A stretch of DNA of 63,998 nt, the filler included, from Reticulomyxa filosa (taxonomy: Eukaryota; Protista; Foraminifera): assembly GCA_000512085.1 (NCBI GenBank). It is 14 parts of 14 records of this genome, joined end to end, with 100 filler letters (N's around TTAATTAATTAA, not from the genome) between each part and the next. Parts side by side here need not be neighbours in the genome. Positions count along the whole stretch, not along the records: positions 23,673 to 26,496 come from ASPP01017825.1; positions 26,597 to 29,574 come from ASPP01000572.1; positions 29,675 to 33,179 come from ASPP01018686.1; positions 33,280 to 35,778 come from ASPP01001260.1; positions 35,879 to 41,175 come from ASPP01023533.1; 9 more parts are not named here. One strand, written 5' to 3'. Within the stretch, counting starts at the first letter, position 1; each line of letters starts with the position of its first letter. A program made the position numbers and the translations under genes. Positions 23,850-36,240 of this stretch are shown here, one piece after another. The notes beneath the pieces are model-generated. The model was not told the origin of the DNA. It did not search any database and was given only the letters and a program-made list of their open reading frames with translations.

Positions 23850-25610
23850 GAAATGGAATCCCGCGGGGATGCGGCGCAATTGTGTCGTAACTATGACAAA
23901 GTTATCTTTCATGGGTTGTGCATATTATATGAATTGATTGGTGATGATTGGATTATTTGTCAAGCAAGATTGACAATAAATGATTTCATTGATTTGAATG
24001 CATTTGAAAGGACTGCAGTTAAAAGACATTGATCATTTTTATATTTCTTTCTGAACAATTTGAATTAATTTGTTGTTTGTTGTTTTTACAAGAACTAGAA
24101 TACTCTAAGTCCACAGATGGTGTAAGTGGTGGACTCACAATTGATATAAAAATATCGAAGTAAATGCTGCCTGCCTATTACTTTACCGACGTTGAGTAGA
24201 CAATACCGCTACTCGATTTCAAACCGAAGACCTTACTCAACAGCCCAAGTCCGAATAGCTGGAAGAAGAAATTACAAAAACCATTCGCATGCTTTTGTCG
24301 TTCTTGAATGATGCATTGCAAGACATTATCTGTTGTTTTATTCACTGACGATTATTTGTCATATCCTATGTTTGTGTGCATTTCTTGGTGTCACAAATAT
24401 CTTATCTTATATACACATATATAAATATATATGTATATATATTTTTTGTTTGAAGAGAAAAGCAATGACATAAACATGGATATGAATTATACATGAGTCT
24501 GTTGATTTGTTTGCTAGAAAAAAAGAAAGCCAACTGAATCTACAGCAATGATGCTTTTCACGAATTTGGCGCACGGATTAGACAACGTGGATTGATAACG
24601 ACTCACTTGGAGAATATCTTTAATCAGATCGTAGACAAATATCAACACGTTTGTGTGTTTGATATATATACATTGGTGGCTAAATGAAATACCAAAAGCA
24701 GGGAAAATAAAGCAAACAAACGATATTGTTGTAAAAACAGAATTATTGCCACCCACTGCAAGAGCTGCCCACCAAAAACATTCAATTTATTGCAAATAAT
24801 GGAGCAAACATTGAAAAATTTGAAAGTGCGAGCACAAAAAGCAAATGAAAACTTGCACATTGAAATTCGGCAAGCCGACGTTACCTTCGATGTGAAAGCA
24901 GTTGCAACGTGTTAACAATGATCAACTTTGTATTATCCACGGTACTTCATGCCAAGTGTCTGATTGTGAAAAAGATAGATTTGTTATTGGATCAACCTAT
25001 AAATGGTGCGAGTTTTCATTCTAGACTACAAACACAAAAACTATGGAGCACACAATTTTATATCTGCATACACACTTAATTTTTTTATTACTTATTTTTT
25101 TTAAAAATATATATCTGTTTTGTTTGGGAAAAAAAATCATAAAAATAAAATAATTAGTATAAGTTCCGAATACAATGACCAGACATTTGAATTGCAAAAG
25201 TCGATTTCAAGCACAAATTTGGCGAAGCAACACCTGATTTTTAGAGATAAGCACACCCGCAATATTTTGGTCAATTCTGTCCTCCAAGATATTAATGACA
25301 TGTTTGTCATTTTTTTTTTTTATTCCTTTATTTGAAGTGTTTCAATTGCTTTTTGACACAACTTGTATTTGACAGATTTGGAAACATTGCCCGGTGGAAG
25401 ATTCCAAATTTCCTTCATTCAAGAAATTTTATGGCGCATTTTTAGGAAAAGTCTGTGGAATTACCCAAAGTAAGCGAATTGGGCATGGTCATGGTAATCA
25501 GTGAATGTTGAAAAGTCAATGGAGCAGTCACTCTATTTGACGCTGAAAAGCGCATTTCGAATTGTCGTGGAATATTAGTTGCCGCTACTCATGGTGCGAA
25601 TTCTGCTACT
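23850..25610 (+). pseudogene. Heavily disrupted multi-exon gene with Cys-rich remnants (possibly RING/IBR-like)
   Basis: Coding-like composition, intron-like segments, scattered Cys-containing fragments and many stops; no intact ORF. Confidence 0.25.
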
Positions 25611-25747
25611 TGAAACGATTACCTGCGTCCGGTTAGCAATATATTCATGTCTTGACTTTTCGATCGAGCAAATCGTATCAAAAAATACATGCTTCAAACA
25701 TAAACACGTAATTCATAATAATTAAAGCCAACCCTGATCATTTGCCA

Positions 25748-26015
25748 TCACAAGTACAAATAGTAAAGGCCATTAGCCAAAAAAAAAAATATCAAGATAA
25801 ATATTTTATTGACGCGATTGGCGGTGAAAGCTGTTTGTAACTTTGCCGTATTCCATTTTTGGACGTCTGACCCATATACTAATGCACCTGGCACCGAGCA
25901 GAAGCAAGCAACAGAATATATGAAAGTGAGGATCAAGAAAATAGTCAAGCCAGTAGTAAAAATAAAAAGTGCTACTTCAAGTATTTCTTTGGGCCTAAAA
26001 AAGCTCGCAAAATAA
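25748..26015 (-). pseudogene. Hydrophobic membrane-protein fragment
   Basis: Short ORF with 2-3 TM-like segments ('LEVALFIFTTGLTIFLILTFIYSVACFC'); no complete gene context. Confidence 0.25.
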
Positions 26016-26496
26016 GATATTATTTAATTAAATCCACGGAATTCACAAAAGTGGGGAGCATCTACCTGGCTACACTGTGCCTGCAGCTACAACATCACAA
26101 AACAATGACTCCATATCTACAAAAAGTATTGGTCAAACAGTCATCCTGATGAGCCGTCTACTGCCAGTGTTGAGCAGTCTTTCAATCACAACGATATTGA
26201 GAGGGTAAAGGACACCAGTGCGAGAAAGTTGTTGAATGTCTGGGCCAAAGCGAAACAAGGAATTATGAATATCGCCACATGAACAGGGATGAACTGAAAG
26301 TGCAACTGCGAAAGCAGTAGAAAAAAAAAAGAGTCAGTACTGATACTACCACCAAAGGGTCATCATCCATCACTCCCAACTCCAATTGAACAATTGAACA
26401 GGGTAACGGAAACAACTCAAGCAACAATAACACATCTCGTCCAGCCAAAACTTTATCACAACCGAATAACAGCAGCCAGGCCCCAGCAATGTTGTT

Positions 26497-26596
26497 NNNN
26501 NNNNNNNNNNNNNNNNNNNNNNNNNNNNNNNNNNNNNNNNTTAATTAATTAANNNNNNNNNNNNNNNNNNNNNNNNNNNNNNNNNNNNNNNNNNNN
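26497..26596. other. Artificial contig spacer
   Basis: 44N-TTAATTAATTAA-44N. Confidence 0.98.
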
Positions 26597-27031
26597 ATCA
26601 ATTGATCCAGAACAAATGAATTGACAATCATTAAGTGTTGAGTAATCAATACTATTCACTGAATTAGTATGTCCATTGAATGTATTGATTAATTTGGATG
26701 ATGAGCAAAATGTGTCAAACATGAAGATAATATATATCTATGTTAAATAAACATTTGAATATTTTAATTTGCATTTTAAAAGAAAAAAGAACAAACGAAC
26801 TAACGTAATTTACAACGAGTTTATCAAACTCATGAATCCATCCAAATTTGATTTGCAATATTCGAATCCAATGTTGTACGATTAGCTGAATAATTTCTTC
26901 TTCAGACTGTTTGAATCACAAATTATATATGATAAATAAAACATAAAAAAAACAGCTTTATGAAAGCTTGTAATAAAGTTTACCAACTCTAGTTGTATTG
27001 AAGCTTGCTTCTCATTTCTAAGAGTTGTCAT
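26597..27031 (-). CDS. WD40-repeat family protein, N-terminal part (3' truncated by contig end)
   Basis: Exons 'MTTLRNEKQASIQL', 'KEEIIQLIVQHWIRILQIKFGWIHEFDKLVVNY' and 'FMFDTFCSSSKLINTFNGHTNSVNSIDYSTLNDCQFICSGSID' (GH...SGS.D WD40 start). Confidence 0.75.
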
Positions 27032-27689
27032 TTTGTTTTTTTGCTTAAGATCGATTTGATGATGTAAAATGGATGATATTGAGCTTTTTTTTTCTGAAGG
27101 GTAATGAAAATGGTTTTCAAAATATTTTGGCAACATGAAATAGGATTTTGACAGTATATGTAATTTTTTTAAAAAGAATTTATCCAAAACTGACTATGCA
27201 CGTGTATACAAGTTTTTTTTAAAAAAAAAGATTTTCAACAAAAACTTTGAAGAATGTTTGAAAACAAAAAAGGAACTTTGATGTTGAAACGAAAAGTGTA
27301 ATTTAACACAACTTTTATAAACTTTACATGTGTTTATTTTTGTTTTCAAATTGATTATTGTTTTGCTAAGCTTCGACTTTGAAATATTAAAACTGCTTAA
27401 ACATAAATTTATAAATGATATTTTTAAAATACATTTGATGGATTAATATTTTTTTAGATGATAACACAACTCTTGGGATGCAATAATTTGTAGTATATGC
27501 CATAGTGAAGAGGATTTTTGCAGCATTAATATGATTAAATATACAATATTTTATCAAATAAACACAAATGGAATATTTTTACAAATAACATCCATTATCT
27601 CTCATTTGCAAAGCTTGAGAAATGATTTGATTTTCATTTCATTCGTTGTAATATTTTGTTAATGAAATAAGAAGAGAAAAGCAAAGACA

Positions 27690-28940
27690 ATGCAAAGTGA
27701 ACTTGAAATTAATTCCTCAACAACAGTCTTGCTTTGACAAAAATTGGATTTTACAATTGAACTAGCAGGAAGACATTCACAATTTTATTTATTTGATTTG
27801 CAAAGTCGAGTGGCGAAACGATACATTAATGAATTGGATGTGATATGTCCACGACAATTTGAACAAGAACAAGGACAATAACTACAAATGGCAACACAAC
27901 GAGGACATGAAGAAGGAGAAACACCTGGATTTGTGAATTGTAATTTCAAAGGAAAAGTGAAACAGGTGAATGATCATTTGGAACATTCTTGGCCTACAAA
28001 TGGTTAAGTATTGGTTTGAATCATTTGGATGCATCACTCATGTTTGAAATCTGCAATTCATGGCCATTTGACACCAAACATGAAATTATATTTTGATTTG
28101 GTAGTCACATTACAACAAACTACTCAACAAACCAGGTATCATTATTTATTGATAATTTATATAAAATAATGTATGTCTGTCTTGAAAAGAATACAAATAG
28201 GGGGAAATTAGGAAATTAAATCTGGAAAATGAAACACTTAAAGTGGAGTTACAATTGAAAGGTAAAAAAGATGAAGAGGTTACACATTTGAAACAACAAT
28301 TGGGGCAATTCAAAGTCTTGATTTCGTTTTCATTTTTCATTCTGTATCACTATTATTTTACCGTCACAATGCAATTCTAGCGCTTTCTAGTGAAAATTAG
28401 CAGCCGATCATAACAATCACTCTTCTTATTATTGCTCTTTTTTTTTGGAGCCCCTTTGTCGTTATAAATCTTAGATTATATATTTCAATTCCATTGTTTA
28501 AAGCTACTCAATGACATGACTGTCTTTGGAAATTACAAGACCATTCATCCAAATTTTTGTTTTGAACAGGCAAATCACATGAGTTGATCCAACATTTACT
28601 ATTTCAATTATGCAATCTTTTCGACACAACAAGGGGACTTTGAACAACATGACGAAAACTACACGACATACATATACATTTTTGATTTAATGTCTACGCT
28701 TGTTGCTACATTTCATATTGAATCTTCATCTATCTGCAAGTCAAAAGTTAGAGCCACTTGGGGAAGCCTTGTACACAATGAATTGCATGTGATGAAAGTA
28801 GATGTACAAGTAATCTGTCTTAAATTTACGGAATTAAAAAAGAAAGTAAATAACACTAAACAAAAATTAAACGATGATATTTGTGTGAATTTATGTTATG
28901 GTTCAAATGATGGTCTAATTTGTGTTGGGGATGAATACAT
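27690..28940 (+). pseudogene. Decayed RING/TRAF-zinc-finger, coiled-coil and WD40 family copy
   Basis: Remnants 'CFDKNWILQLN', 'CPRQFEQ', 'GHEEGETPGFVNCNFKGKVKQVNDHLEHS', 'WFESFGC', 'VNLCYGSNDGLICVG', broken by stops and frameshifts. Confidence 0.6.
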
Positions 28941-29574
28941 TAATAAGAGTTTATTTTGAATGAATTTATTTAAATTTATTTATACCAAGTAAGTAAAAAG
29001 AGAACTTATAATTATTTTCACTACATTTTTTTCAAGTCGATTATTTTTTATTGTTATTGATCAAAAAGCAAGTATTAAATTTGGATGAATGAAAGAGTCT
29101 AATTTAATTTTTCACCACTTAACTTTTTTATTAAATGAAATAGATTTTTGTTACATACGCGTTGTTTATTGTAATTTGAAATATTAATGTTATATTCCAA
29201 AATACCACTGAGATAAATCATCAATAATTCAACTTTTTTTTACATACAATTGTTATCAATACTCTGCATATCATTGTTGGTTTTTCATTCAAGGAGTTTT
29301 GATGGTGAATTACAACAAGCCAAAAAAAGAGTTTTACCTCGAATGGATGACGTTCCACCTATCATTAAAACATTGACTTCTTATCAATTATCCTCAAGAT
29401 TTGATTTTATATGTATTTAAATCAATAAATGCATTATATTCCTTTAATACTTGAATTTGTCTTCCTGAAGATGCATTTTATATTTAAATAGTGTTTCTCT
29501 TAAATATAGATAATTTTAGAACTTCTGGGAGCAATTAACAAGTTACATATCATTTGATATTATGCATTCATTTC

Positions 29575-29674
29575 NNNNNNNNNNNNNNNNNNNNNNNNNN
29601 NNNNNNNNNNNNNNNNNNTTAATTAATTAANNNNNNNNNNNNNNNNNNNNNNNNNNNNNNNNNNNNNNNNNNNN
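29575..29674. other. Artificial contig spacer
   Basis: 44N-TTAATTAATTAA-44N. Confidence 0.98.
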
Positions 29675-29707
29675 AATAATAATAATAACAATAATAATAA
29701 TAATAAA

Positions 29708-32494
29708 ATGGAAATGTCAATAAAAAAAGATTGGATAAAAGAATTGTTTGAAAAAATGAAAGAGTCAAATGAATACCAATTGTTAACGCAAACGACGGCA
29801 ACGTCGGAAAGTTTGAATGACTTTTATCAGCCATTGTTGAAAGATTGCTCAGATAACATTTCGTATTGGCTTGGCCACGTGCTCCATGCATCGCTATCGA
29901 CACATGCCTCGTCCTCTGTGGGCGTCAATGACGCGTCGTTGTCACTTCTGCAGCAAGTACTCCATCCCACTGCCGAAAAAGACAAATGGGACCGCTTGGA
30001 ACTATTCGTTTGGGAAAGATGTTGGGTCGTCAACCATGATGAGACTGCCGATCTCTCTTCCTTTCATTTCGATATCCCACTTTACAAGCAGCTTTTCCTG
30101 GCTTTGCAAGACAAGTTTAAAGAAATACCTTTGCTTTTCCAGCTTCTCAAGTTTTGTAATATATGTACATATATATAACTCATATAATACAGATATGTAT
30201 ACATATATATATGTATATGTAGTGTGAATGAGGAAGTGAAAGGACCAAGCTTACTATTGCCCGAGTTGGTGAGCATGAGCAGTAAACAATTGGCGGTGCA
30301 CGTGTGGAATATAATAATTCGGAGTAAGTACGTTCGCAACCTGTCGCGACTGATCAAAAACATGTTGGCGGTGTCACTGGAACAAATGCTGTTCGTCAAG
30401 TACGGACAAGTCGCCGAGAGATGTGTGACAATCCAGTCCAGCGAAGACGACAACTTGCTTTTGGTCCTCGCCGATCAAAACTATTGTCATTTCATGGATA
30501 TCTTTGTTCATTTCCTCCAACACTTTACTGAGTTCTTTTTTTTTTTTTTTTTGGTCAAACATTGCACACATACATCATACATTAATCACAAACAAAGACA
30601 TCGAAATGCAATAATAAGTGGGAGATTGGCATTGGACAAAGTGGTGGAATTAACAGAGAGCGAATTGAAAAGTGGGCTATTACCTCAGTCGATATTTTCT
30701 GCTCCTCCATCATCCTCTTCTTCCTCGTCCTCTTCTTCCTCGTCCTCTTCTTCCTCGTCCTCTTCTTCCTCGTCTTCTTCTTCCTCGTCTTCCTCCTCGT
30801 CTTCTTCTTCTTCTTCTTCAAATTCCTCTCCTTCAAACAAAAAAAGAAATGCCTCTCAACTCGTCGATGACACGCTACCCAAACATACTATTTGCAGTTT
30901 TTCACCAGCGACCAACTTTCTCTCTCTGTCTGTTTGTTTCTTCGCCTTTTTTGCCCTTGCCTTTGTCTTGTTTTTATTTTTGTTTTTGTTTTGTTTTTCC
31001 TTCTTCTTGTCATGAGGAGGGAGGGGAGGGGGGAGAGAAAGAGAGGGAAAAAAAGCCTGCATACACAAAAGAGTATTTATAATGTAATATACCCCATACG
31101 CCTCCATTTTCTTCCCTCCTCTTTTTTTTTTATTATACGTATTAGATACTAACTAAAAAAAAAAACATTAAAAAAAAAAAAAAGACAAAAAAAGCCCTTT
31201 GTCCAAACGCCGCAAAGTAATGAAGGGACCACACAAAAGCGAGGAGAAGGAAAGAGAAAGAAAGAAAGATAAAGACAAAGAAAAGGAAAAGGAAAAGGAA
31301 GGCAAGAGTGACGTGTGTATGCTATGGAAAGGCGACATCGAGTTTACGGATAAAAATATAAAAATGGCGGTAAACTTTAGTGCGGTCGGGGAGAAGGCGC
31401 TTGTAATGTGTGACGACAAGTTTCCCAATTGTCTCCGCGTGAGCGGACGCATTCGCATTCCGATGATCAACAACTTCATCGCGGAGGTGCTGAAAAGCGA
31501 GTCTCGTAAAATTGTGGTGATCGACATCAATGTGAATGTGGTGGTGGACGTGAAGCTGAATGGACAACACGCGAATCACTTTGAGTTATTGGAGCAGTTG
31601 ATCGTGACGGAAAAGAGGGCTCGGGTCATTGACTTGGAGGAACAATATGGAGTGATCATTTACATTATCGCGAGTGACTTATTGTTGTATCATCGCGAAA
31701 ACTCAACTCCGCAGGAACAACAGGAGGCTGATACGTTGGTGAAATGCTTGAAAGAGTGCTCGTTGCGATATCATTACCAGTTCCATTTCCCAAAGTCCAA
31801 ACTCTTTGGCATTGTCATCTTCAAATGGAATGTTTGGCAACTTTGGACTGGGTCGCTTCTCGACTCTCCCAAACATGCTCGCCACAAACATAGGCATTCC
31901 CATCCTCACAAATCCAAACGTTCCAAACATCAGCATGATCACAATCAAACACAAGTGTCGATGCCAGTGCCCATGTCTGCATCAATGCCAATGTCCATGC
32001 CCATGACCATGTCGATACCGGCGCAAACGCAACTCAACCCACAAATGCAGACGTCAACATCACTATTCGATCCTACGCATACCTTGTCCGAAACTCACTC
32101 CACTTTTCCTTCTGATGTTGTCATGTGCGATATCGAGGCTTTGCCCACTTCTCAAACCCCCTCCTCTCCGTTTCATGTCGTCGGAGATGATCCTTATCTT
32201 CATGACGACAGTAATAATAACAATGGCAACCATAATAGTAATAACGATAACAATCCGCATCATCATTACCATCATCTTGGCAACGATGCAATACCCACTT
32301 CAGCCCAACCCTCCCAACCGATTCACACCGCGACGTTGATGTCACCATCGATGATTTATTTGATGACTTACCTGAACCTCTACCACAAGAATTACTACAA
32401 GAAAGAGAGGAGTGGAAACGAAATCGACAATATTGAGAAAACGATGGACATTTTTTTTGTTGTTGCAGAAACTTTTCTTATTGTGAGGACATAA
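29708..32494 (+). CDS. SPOC-domain protein with a TFIIS-central-like segment (PHF3/DIDO/Bye1-like), likely 5' partial
   Basis: SPOC-like 'LWKGDIEF...FPNCLRVSGRIRIPMINNFI...KRARVIDL...IYII'. Upstream 'RNAIISGRLALDKVVELTESELKS' resembles the TFIIS-M C-terminal motif. Contains poly-S, KE/KD and His-rich linkers. Confidence 0.6.
30709..30819 (+). repeat. TCN-rich repeat ((TCCTCTTCTTCCTCG)n) encoding a long poly-serine tract
   Basis: Directly visible. Confidence 0.9.
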
Positions 32495-32732
32495 CAGTCA
32501 ACTATTTTTTCTTCAAAACATCTTCAATCTCTAATTATTATTATAAAAAGTCAACATAGCATCTTCACATAGCTCCTTTGTTTTATCACTCAAATATACC
32601 ACTTTTGTTTTTTCCGTAGCTTTTGAAAACAAACATATTTTTAGACTTATCAATGCCATTTGAAAAAACTGCAATTCAATCAAAAGACAAATCAATTCGG
32701 TCAAATCTTTTTTATCATTTTGTTTCCTCATA

Positions 32733-33179
32733 TCATTCCACTAAATACACTTCTATCTCTTTCACTTTGAATCCATTTGCACCTGCCAGTCTTGTATTGT
32801 TACTTGTATCATTGTAATAGCCTAGAATGAAGAGATTATTTGAATGTGAATTGCAATCGTCCTTAATCCAGAAGTCAAAGAAACCTATAATAGAATGAAT
32901 ATGAAACAATAACAAAAAAACATTTGAACATAAATATTGTTATCAATCCTTTTTTTTTTTTTTATGTTTTACTTTCTTACCAAATGCCGGACCATATGAT
33001 GAACGGTCATCGATTGCACGGCTTTCATGTTCATATTTGATAGTGAATTTTTGAGGATTGTCACCTTTTCCACCTCTCAACAAATACACAAATGCTCCTG
33101 CATCATTTGCAAAATCTTCACGACTAGTCCATTGTACATTGGTAAAACCACCAAAAACATGATTGAATTGATCAGATAA
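32733..33179 (-). CDS. TLDc-domain protein, C-terminal part (5' truncated)
   Basis: 'SDQFNHVFGGFTNVQW...DAGAFVYLL...SSYGPAF|GFFDFWIKDDCN...LAGANGFKVKEIEVY' fits the TLDc consensus; one intron. Confidence 0.85.
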
Positions 33180-33279
33180 NNNNNNNNNNNNNNNNNNNNN
33201 NNNNNNNNNNNNNNNNNNNNNNNTTAATTAATTAANNNNNNNNNNNNNNNNNNNNNNNNNNNNNNNNNNNNNNNNNNNN
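33180..33279. other. Artificial contig spacer
   Basis: 44N-TTAATTAATTAA-44N. Confidence 0.98.
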
Positions 33280-33280
33280 A

Positions 33281-33341
33281 AAAAATCAATTATCATCATA
33301 ATATATGTTTTAGGCGTTCAGTTTTCTTTACAACTTACTGT
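33281..33341 (+). repeat. Dispersed repeat, second copy at 43441-43490
   Basis: 'AAAATCAATTATCA...GTTTTAGGCGTTCAGTTTTCTTT.CAAC.TACTGT' is shared between two contigs. Confidence 0.7.
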
Positions 33342-34263
33342 ATGAGAAAAAGAGAACTTTACCTTGTGATGTTTGCAATGGTAAATGTAAAATCAAAAGA
33401 TGCAGTAAAAATTGTTCTGGTAAATTAACAGAACGTGTAACAGTTAATTTATATTTTGTTATGAATAAAGTAAAATAGAGTCATTTACAATAAAAAATGA
33501 ATAATAAATGATATACAACAGGACATAAAAGTCAAAATACTAGAAGGATCATTAGATCGTGATGTTATACGTACAAAGTATACATGTCAAAAAAGTCAGA
33601 TCGACGGTATTGTACAATGAATATAAGATACAATGCAATAATTTATACCTAATCAAACATATAAAAATTAGTTTATTGAATGCATTTGGTGGTAGTAATG
33701 CAACTATAAATCATTTTGATCAAACATTATCTATCAAATATGATTTTGCTGTTATTCAAAATAATGAATATTATAGAGTCGATGATAAAGAACTTCCACC
33801 TCTTTACATGCTTGAATATTATTTGAGCCTGCATGATATTATATCTTAAATCCTTTCTATATTTTGTATGCTTTAATAGCACCTACAGCATTTAGAGCTC
33901 GAAGAGTTCTCTAGGATGATGTACTGGTTCAATAATGCCTCTAATTTGTTCAAAATATGCAACGTCAGTATTTAATTGTTCCATTCGTGTTTCAAGAAAA
34001 AAAAATTTTGAGATTAACATCTTTTATATATTTACATATTGTAGGGCAAGGCCCTATAAAGGAACATGGGAGTCCCCAGTGGACTAAAACTCATCAACCA
34101 ACTTCACTTAATCTTTTGTTTTGTTTTCTTCTTTTGTTGAGTCATTCATCTTTCTTTTATTTAATTCAATTTTGTTTTATCGAACATTGGTTTCTTGAGT
34201 AAAACCATTTTTGTATTACATTTAGTACAACCTCTTCCAACTGACGTCCCACAATAGCGTTGT

Positions 34264-35702
34264 TTATAAATATTTCTTATTGTCATGACAAAACAAAAAA
34301 CTTAAAGATTTTTTATTACTAGAATGTGTTTGGGTTTTTTTTGTATGAACGGTATCAACATTGCAAAACAACTCAAATCCAAAACAGTATAAAAAAAAAA
34401 GACAAATTATTGCAATCGCAGAAGAGGGGGGAGGGGGAGAGACTGTCCACTGCCATTCGAAGGACATCATATCTGGTCTAATTTCCATCAATTAATCCAG
34501 AGACATGAACAAAGACAGCGCCTTTGGTTCGGAGATGCCTTCGAGTTTGTCGTCGCAGACACTACTCTACTTTTCGTTGAGTCCATATCTCAATTCAAAC
34601 GACTTTGGGTGTAAGGGGATAGCCTTTAATACGACTTCAACAAAAAAAAAAAATAAACTGAACTAAGAAGATTGAATTGCCCCCTCGTGGAAGATGACAA
34701 AGAGAATGTTAGGTTGAGTGGACAACTTTGCTTCAATGTCGAAGAGATGATCGGTCCACGGACAAAATTGTACGAGTTCGATAATACGCCCAGGGATTTT
34801 GTAGTGTTGTGATATTCAGTGTACTCACGACAAAAGAGGCATTCCTTTAGTTTAATCTGCACTTTGGGTTGGATGTGAGCGATATTGGCATTGACATTGA
34901 CATTGACATTGTGAACCGATAATTCGATTATGAACACATGTTCCAGCGCCTGTTGCAACATGCGAACGAAACAGAGAATGCTCATTTTGTTTGTCGTCTT
35001 TCAACAGTTGAATAAGCTTGTAGATCGTCTGAATCAACGAAGACGATGGATCGGAACGATTGACTTTTTTTTTGCCTTTGCAACTGGTGCTGGATGTTGA
35101 TGTCCCCTTTGCACATTTCATCCAAAATCCTTTTCTTATTTGTCTTTGCATTGCTTGGGAGAGGCAGCAACAAAGGCGCGTTTGCGTCATTTTGTACATC
35201 GTCCTCGCACTCGCATACACGACCCATAAATGTGGTTTTGATCACGTGGTAATGGTGACTCGCGACCTGCGTGCTATCCATTATCGTCTCCGTTTGTGCT
35301 GTCGGTGGCGAACTTGATCATGAATTTGCGATCGTCGTGCTTTCTACATTTGCCGGTGACAGGACTGATACGATACTGGGACATGGACTCGTCCTGTTTG
35401 GAATGGCACATACCAGCAGTCGTCATTATGGGAAGATAGACATGACCTTTGGATTGCAAAGGCTTAATATTCAACAGAGACTTTGCCATTTGCGAATACG
35501 ATTCCGCATCCAACACGTGACTTTTGTCACTGAAACACACCGTGCATTCAATGTCAATGTCTCGATTGTGCAGTCTAATCATTTGATGATTGCAGTTGCA
35601 TAAGTCTATTTCGTATTCCAAATAGTTTATCTTCGGCTTTACCTCTTTATAAAAGATGTCTTCGTCTTCGATTAACTGCTGAGGCTTCTGCAATACTTGC
35701 AA
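34264..35702 (-). CDS. Hypothetical protein (5' truncated, frameshifted; 3' end uncertain)
   Basis: Consecutive minus-strand ORFs 35274-35702, 34982-35281, 34626-34985 and 34264-34491 in higher-GC coding-like DNA; no family recognised. Confidence 0.4.
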
Positions 35703-35778
35703 TTGGTATTATCTGTTCTTACATTCGTATTACATTTTTTTTTTTCAAACCAATCAAAAAAAAAAAAAAAAAAAAAAA

Positions 35779-35878
35779 NNNNNNNNNNNNNNNNNNNNNN
35801 NNNNNNNNNNNNNNNNNNNNNNTTAATTAATTAANNNNNNNNNNNNNNNNNNNNNNNNNNNNNNNNNNNNNNNNNNNN
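35779..35878. other. Artificial contig spacer
   Basis: 44N-TTAATTAATTAA-44N. Confidence 0.98.
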
Positions 35879-36240
35879 AAACCTCCGACGCTTAAACCCA
35901 CAAAGAAGCCTACAAAACCTCCAACGCTTAAACCCACAAAGAAGCCTACAAAGCCTCCAACGCTTAAACCCACAAAGAAACCCACAAAATCACCGACGCT
36001 TAAACCCACAAAGAAACCCAGCAATCCGCCCACCCGCAAACCTTCGAAATCTCCAACGCCTAAACCTACCAGCAAACCTTCGAAACCTCCGACACCTAAG
36101 CCCACAACCAAACCCCCCACACCCAAACCTACAACTAAGCCCCCCACTCCCAAACCTACAACTAAGCCCCCCACTCTCAAACCTACAACTAAACCTCCCA
36201 CACTCAAACCTACAACCAAACCTCCTACACTTAAACCCAC
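35879..36240 (+). repeat. Coding tandem repeats: 36-bp (PPTLKPTKKPTK) grading to 27-bp (PPTPKPTTK) units
   Basis: Directly visible tandem units. Confidence 0.9.
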
